Assembly: GCA_964587555.1 (NCBI GenBank)
Contig: CAZPLR010000001.1
Coordinates: forward strand, 4,381 to 68,380
Length of the DNA: 64,000 nt
DNA from: an uncultured Oscillospiraceae bacterium
Lineage (GTDB): Bacteria; Bacillota; Clostridia; Oscillospirales; Ruminococcaceae
Direction: 5' to 3'
Positions 59,696 through 64,000 of the stretch are shown here, piece after piece (position 1 is the stretch's first letter; every line of letters starts with the position of its first letter). The translations under genes were made by a program, and so were the position numbers. The notes beneath the pieces were generated by a model that did not search any database, had not been told where the DNA came from, and saw only the letters and a program-made list of their open reading frames with translations.

Positions 59696-60048
59696 TCGTT
59701 GGCGGAAGAAGCAGTGGGAAAAGGGCGTACCTGCTTTCCCATTTTCCCTATCATTCGGAGGATATTAGCGACATTCCCGGAAAGACGGCGGTTTTGACCG
59801 ACCTACAGAAATTTGTTTGGGAAAATTTTGATAAAATGCCTTTAGATGCGCTGTTTGACGCAGTAAAGCGGCAGGAAGCCGTTCTCTGTGACGAGGTTGG
59901 CTGCGGTATCGTACCGGTTGACAAAAGAGAACGCGATTATCGGGAAACGGTCGGCAGGCTTTGCTGTATGCTGGCGGAGCGCGCAGATACGGTCATCCGC
60001 GTCACCTGCGGCATAGGGCAGATAATCCGAGGAGAAGCGGTATGCTAA
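59686..60048 (+). CDS. short CobU-like P-loop protein (truncated adenosylcobinamide kinase/guanylyltransferase paralog)
   Basis: 120 aa with a P-loop-like VGGRSSGKR at the N-terminus and a canonical CobU C-terminal block LCDEVGCGIVPVDKRERDYRETVGRL...VTCGIGQII. The central His-containing segment is absent. It has a strong RBS (AGGAGGG) and overlaps the cobS stop and the cbiB start. Confidence 0.6.
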   Translation: MVLIVGGRSSGKRAYLLSHFPYHSEDISDIPGKTAVLTDLQKFVWENFDKMPLDALFDAVKRQEAVLCDEVGCGIVPVDKRERDYRETVGRLCCMLAERADTVIRVTCGIGQIIRGEAVC

Positions 60049-61040
60049 GCTATCCAATGATTACCTTTTGCGCGATTGCGGCAGGATTTGCGTTGGATTT
60101 ATGTATTGGCGATCCGGAGAAGATGTATGTAAAGCCATTTGCGCATCCGGTTGTGCTGATGGGTAAGCTGATTTCCCGCTTGGAAAAGATTTTTCGCAGG
60201 AGGGCGAAAGAGGATAACAAAAAGCTGCGGCGGTACGGTGTGCTGCTGAGCGTCATTCTGCCGCTTGTAAGCCTCTTGGCGTCCGCCGCAATCCTTTACG
60301 GAAGCTACCTCATCCATCCGATCCTCTGTCTTTGCCTGCACAGCTTTTTCTGCTATCAGATTTTGGCGGCGCGATGCTTGATAAAGGAGAGCAGCAATGT
60401 CAGAAGGGCGGTCGAAAGCGGAAATTTGCCGGATGCGCAGAATGCGGTCGGACGGATTGTAGGACGGGATGTAAGGCGGCTCGATATGGACGGCGTAATC
60501 CGCGCAGCGGTTGAAACGGTCGCGGAAAACGCCTCGGACGGTGTAATCGCGCCGTTGATCTATATGCTGATTGGCGGAGCGCCGCTTGGCTTTTGCTATA
60601 AAGCGATCAACACGATGGACAGCATGGTTGGCTACACCAACGAAAAATACTTGCATTTTGGGCGTGCGGCGGCAAAGCTTGATGACGCGGTAAACTATAT
60701 TCCATCGCGGATCAGCGGGTTTTTGTTCTGCGTCAGCGCTTTTTTGCTGGGTGAGGATGGCAAAAACGCCTTTATGATCTGGAAACGCGACCGCCGCAAG
60801 CATGCAAGCCCAAATTCTGCGCAGACAGAATCCGCCTGTGCAGGCGCGCTGCGTCTGCGTCTTGCTGGAGATGCGTGGTATTTTGGAAAGCTGCACCGCA
60901 AGCCGTTCATCGGAGACGACCTAAGGCCGATCATACCGGAGGATATTACACGTGCGAATTGGCTGATGCTGCTTTCCAGCGTAATCTGTCTGTTTATCGG
61001 ACTTTTACTCCGACTTGGTCTGTCGATTTTGATTTTGTAA
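60042..61040 (+). CDS. cbiB: adenosylcobinamide-phosphate synthase
   Basis: CbiB/CobD membrane protein (LDLCIGDPE...HPV..MG; SPNSAQTESACAGAL). ATG 60042 follows GAGGAGAAG. Confidence 0.92.
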   Translation: MLSYPMITFCAIAAGFALDLCIGDPEKMYVKPFAHPVVLMGKLISRLEKIFRRRAKEDNKKLRRYGVLLSVILPLVSLLASAAILYGSYLIHPILCLCLHSFFCYQILAARCLIKESSNVRRAVESGNLPDAQNAVGRIVGRDVRRLDMDGVIRAAVETVAENASDGVIAPLIYMLIGGAPLGFCYKAINTMDSMVGYTNEKYLHFGRAAAKLDDAVNYIPSRISGFLFCVSAFLLGEDGKNAFMIWKRDRRKHASPNSAQTESACAGALRLRLAGDAWYFGKLHRKPFIGDDLRPIIPEDITRANWLMLLSSVICLFIGLLLRLGLSILIL

Positions 61041-61052
61041 GGAGAGAAGCGC

Positions 61053-62126
61053 ATGAAAACCTATACGCATGGGGCTGACCCGCTGAAAGCGATGGCGTAC
61101 CAGCAAAGAACGGGCAAACCGCTGCTTGATCTCTCGGCGAACGTCAATCCGTTGGGGATGCCGAAGCGCGCGGAAGCGGCGCTGAAGGAGGCGGTTGAAA
61201 GCGGCGCGTTTACGGGCTATCCCGATCCGTACTGCTTAACGCTGACGGGTGCGATTGCGGAAAAATTCGGCGTGGAGCAAAAGCAGATTCTTTGCGGAAA
61301 TGGCGCTGCGGATCTCATCTTTAAGCTTTGCGCGCATTACCGCCCAAAAAGGGCGTTGATTGTTGAACCGACCTTTTCCGAGTATGAACAGGCGCTTTTA
61401 CAAAGCGGCTGTGAGCGGATCGATTACCACATGCTGCAAGCGCCGGATTATATAGCGGATGAACGGCTGCTCGACCGGATTTGCCCGGTTTATGACGTTC
61501 TCTTTTGCTGTACGCCGAATAATCCGACCGGACGGTGCATCCCAGATGCGCTGCTGCTTCGTATTCTGCAAAGATGCAGGGAGTGCGGCGTGCTGCTGAT
61601 CGTCGACGAGTGTTTTTTGGATTTTACCGGTGTGAAGAGCGCGTTGATCGGCGCGCTTTCGGAAGGCGGCGTGGTCTTATTGCGGGCGTTTACGAAGTTT
61701 TACGGTATGGCGGGACTGCGGTTAGGTTTTTTGCTGGCGGAGAGGCGGATCGTGGAGGAATTAGAATCCTGCGGTCAGCCGTGGGCGGTTTCCGCTCCGG
61801 CGCAGATTGCCGGCGCCGCCGCGCTGTGCGACGAAGCGTACGAGCGGCAAACGCTTTCTTTGATTCAAATTGAGCGAAAGCGGCTGTTTGATGGAATCAA
61901 GGCTGCGGGATACGCTGTTCTGCCGGGCGAGGCAAACTTCCTGTTCTTCCATGCGGAGGAGGATTTGGGCGAAAGGCTGATGGAAAAGGGGATCATCCTG
62001 CGCAGCTGTGAAAATTATCCGGGGCTTGCAAGCGGCGATTATCGTGTCGCAGTACGAAAAGCGGCAGAAAATATCCGGTTTTTAAATGCGCTTGCGGATT
62101 TGCGCGGCGAGAGGGAGGATGGATGA
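61053..62126 (+). CDS. cobD: threonine-phosphate decarboxylase
   Basis: Class I/II aminotransferase fold with N-terminal HGADP...LDLSANVNPLG and the PLP-lysine context AFTKFYGMAGLRLG, in the cobalamin operon. Confidence 0.85.
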   Translation: MKTYTHGADPLKAMAYQQRTGKPLLDLSANVNPLGMPKRAEAALKEAVESGAFTGYPDPYCLTLTGAIAEKFGVEQKQILCGNGAADLIFKLCAHYRPKRALIVEPTFSEYEQALLQSGCERIDYHMLQAPDYIADERLLDRICPVYDVLFCCTPNNPTGRCIPDALLLRILQRCRECGVLLIVDECFLDFTGVKSALIGALSEGGVVLLRAFTKFYGMAGLRLGFLLAERRIVEELESCGQPWAVSAPAQIAGAAALCDEAYERQTLSLIQIERKRLFDGIKAAGYAVLPGEANFLFFHAEEDLGERLMEKGIILRSCENYPGLASGDYRVAVRKAAENIRFLNALADLRGEREDG

Positions 62127-63658
62127 AAATGGCAAAATGTATCATGGTGCAGGGGACGGCATCCGGCGCTGGGAAAAGCCTGCTGGTGGCGGCACTTTGC
62201 CGTATTTTTAAGCAGGATGGATTAAAGGCTGCGCCGTTTAAGAGCCAGAATATGGCGCTTAACAGCTTTATCACCGAGGAAGGGCTTGAGATGGGACGCG
62301 CACAGGTTATGCAGGCGGAGGCGGCAATGATTAAGCCCTCTGTGCTGATGAATCCGATTCTGTTAAAGCCGACCACCGATATTGGCAGCCAGGTTATTGT
62401 AAACGGTAAGGTTCTCGGCACGATGAAGGCGGTGGATTATTTTAAGAGAAAGCGTTCGCTGATCCCCGACGTTCTTTCTGCCTATGCCGCGCTTGCCAAG
62501 CAGTATGATGTGATCGTGATCGAGGGCGCAGGAAGTCCGGCGGAGATCAACCTCAAAACAGATGATATTGTCAATATGGGGCTTGCTGAGCTTGTGGATG
62601 CGCCGGTGATTTTGATTGGCGATATTGATAAAGGCGGCGTATTTGCAAGTCTATACGGTACGGTTGAGCTGGTCACGCCGCAGGAGCGCGCGCGGATTAA
62701 GGGGACTGTCATCAATAAATTTCGCGGCGATAAGTCCATTTTAGAGCCGGGGCTGCGTCAACTGGAGGATTTAACGCATATTCCGGTTTTGGGGGTCGTA
62801 CCGTACCTGCCGCTTGCGCTGGAGGACGAGGATTCGCTCACAGATCGCTTCGACCAGCGGAAGGAAAAGGGAGTGCTTGATATAGCGGTTATCCGGCTGC
62901 CGCGTATCTCGAATTTTACCGATTTTAACCCACTTGAACAGATTTCGGGCGTCAGCCTGCGCTATGTTTCAGCGGCGAGAGAGCTGGGGACGCCGGACTG
63001 TGTGATCCTGCCGGGAAGCAAAAGTACGATTGCCGATCTGCTTGCGCTGCGGCAAAACGGCATTGAGGCGGCGATCAAGAAGCTTGCGGCGCAGGGTGTG
63101 CCGATTATCGGTATCTGCGGCGGGTATCAGATGCTTGGCAAACGGCTTGCCGACGCCGATGGGGTCGAGGGCGAGAAAGGGCAGACAGTTGCTGGAATGG
63201 GTCTTTTGCCGGTGGAAACGACATTCACCGCCGAGAAACGCCGAACGAGAGTGGATGGAAAAACACGCACCTTCTCCGGCACATTTGCACCGCTTTCCGA
63301 AAAGACGTTTTCCGGATATGAGATTCATATGGGCAGGACAGAAAACGCTGGCGGCGAGATTTTTTCCGAGCTTTTTTCCTTTGGAAAAGAGGGCGGTTCA
63401 CAGCCGGATGGATGCGTTTGCGAGAATGTTTTTGGCAGCTATGTGCATGGCATTTTTGAAAAAGAGGAGTTTACGCAAGGCTTTCTGCGCTGCCTGCTTG
63501 CCAGATGCGGTCTTGCGGAGGATGCGTTGGCACCGGTAGATTATGATACGTTCAAGCAAGCGGAATATGACAAGCTTGCTGATTGTGTTAGGGAAAGCTT
63601 AGATATGAAGGAAATCTATCGGATTATCGGGAGAGGAGGGTTAAATGATGAACGATAA
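62123..63658 (+). CDS. cobQ: cobyric acid synthase
   Basis: P-loop GTASGAGKS, a CobQ/CbiP dethiobiotin-synthetase-like N-domain, and a GATase C-domain (IGICGGYQML). Confidence 0.95.
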   Translation: MKMAKCIMVQGTASGAGKSLLVAALCRIFKQDGLKAAPFKSQNMALNSFITEEGLEMGRAQVMQAEAAMIKPSVLMNPILLKPTTDIGSQVIVNGKVLGTMKAVDYFKRKRSLIPDVLSAYAALAKQYDVIVIEGAGSPAEINLKTDDIVNMGLAELVDAPVILIGDIDKGGVFASLYGTVELVTPQERARIKGTVINKFRGDKSILEPGLRQLEDLTHIPVLGVVPYLPLALEDEDSLTDRFDQRKEKGVLDIAVIRLPRISNFTDFNPLEQISGVSLRYVSAARELGTPDCVILPGSKSTIADLLALRQNGIEAAIKKLAAQGVPIIGICGGYQMLGKRLADADGVEGEKGQTVAGMGLLPVETTFTAEKRRTRVDGKTRTFSGTFAPLSEKTFSGYEIHMGRTENAGGEIFSELFSFGKEGGSQPDGCVCENVFGSYVHGIFEKEEFTQGFLRCLLARCGLAEDALAPVDYDTFKQAEYDKLADCVRESLDMKEIYRIIGRGGLNDER

Positions 63659-64000
63659 ATCCTCTATGCTTGGAAAGGGATACATTCATCTATACTGCGG
63701 AGATGGAAAGGGAAAAACAACCGCCTCCGCCGGGCTTGCGCTGCGCGCTGCCGGAAATGGGTTGAAGGTTGTCTTTTTGCAGTTTTTAAAAAGCGGTGAC
63801 AGCGGAGAAGTATCTGCGCTTGCGGCATTTGGCGGCGTTTGTGTGCTGTGCGGAAAGGTTGGCGGCTTTGTCAGCCGGATGACAGAAGAGGAGAAAGCGC
63901 AGACAAGGCGTATTCACGATGAGAACCTGCAAAAGGCGGTCGCGCTATGCGAAAGCGGCGAGTGTGAGCTGCTGGTTTTAGACGAGGTATGCGCTGCGTG
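63645..64000 (+). CDS. cobO: cob(I)yrinic acid a,c-diamide adenosyltransferase (partial, runs off the window)
   Basis: Not in the ORF track because there is no stop in the window. My own translation from ATG 63645 gives MMNDKSSMLGKGYIHLYCGDGKGKTTASAGLALRAAGNGLKVVFLQFLK...LLVLDEV, which is the CobA/CobO P-loop pattern. It overlaps the cobQ 3' end. Confidence 0.85.
   Translation, partial: MMNDKSSMLGKGYIHLYCGDGKGKTTASAGLALRAAGNGLKVVFLQFLKSGDSGEVSALAAFGGVCVLCGKVGGFVSRMTEEEKAQTRRIHDENLQKAVALCESGECELLVLDEVCAA

Overview
Core-chromosome window from an endospore-forming Firmicute of the class Clostridia, judged from cotJA-JB-JC, an alpha/beta-type SASP, PolC and DnaD/DnaI-type loader genes. An Oscillospirales-like lineage is a low-confidence guess. 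The window is almost entirely coding and nearly all genes are on the + strand. In order it contains: (1) the dcw cell-wall/division cluster murE-murF-mraY-ftsW-murG, an inverted murA, and ftsQ/divIB; (2) a GH36-like glycosidase; (3) the oxidative TCA branch acn-(CDA-fold deaminase)-icd, with citrate synthase about 6 kb further on; (4) sporulation genes cotJCBA (- strand) and a SASP; (5) replication-initiation genes (dnaD-like, dnaI-like) plus a SIS-domain gene; (6) pyrH-frr-uppS-cdsA-dxr-rseP, rarA and ispG-polC; (7) a histidine operon hisZGDCB-GNAT-hisH-MFS-hisAFIE; (8) a cobalamin-riboswitch-controlled operon of about 18 kb that runs off the 3' end. That operon holds cbiMNQO cobalt uptake, the anaerobic corrin-ring genes cbiK-D-L-F-G-H-J-ET-A, and the nucleotide-loop/adenosylation genes cobT-cobU-cobS-(short cobU paralog)-cbiB-cobD-cobQ-cobO. 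I saw no rRNA, tRNA, CRISPR array, transposase, integrase or phage genes. I did not find a convincing new multi-gene system; this reads as ordinary housekeeping sequence. The leads worth a second look are small: twin GGA-loop hairpins in the long aconitase leader; a deaminase embedded in acn-icd; a translationally coupled GNAT and a leader-ORF/MFS module inside the his operon; a CbiQ with an N-terminal two-helix plus His-rich extension; a truncated CobU paralog; and the absence of cbiC from an otherwise complete anaerobic cbi cluster. All protein calls rest on motifs I recognise in the supplied translations plus synteny. No database search or folding program was run.
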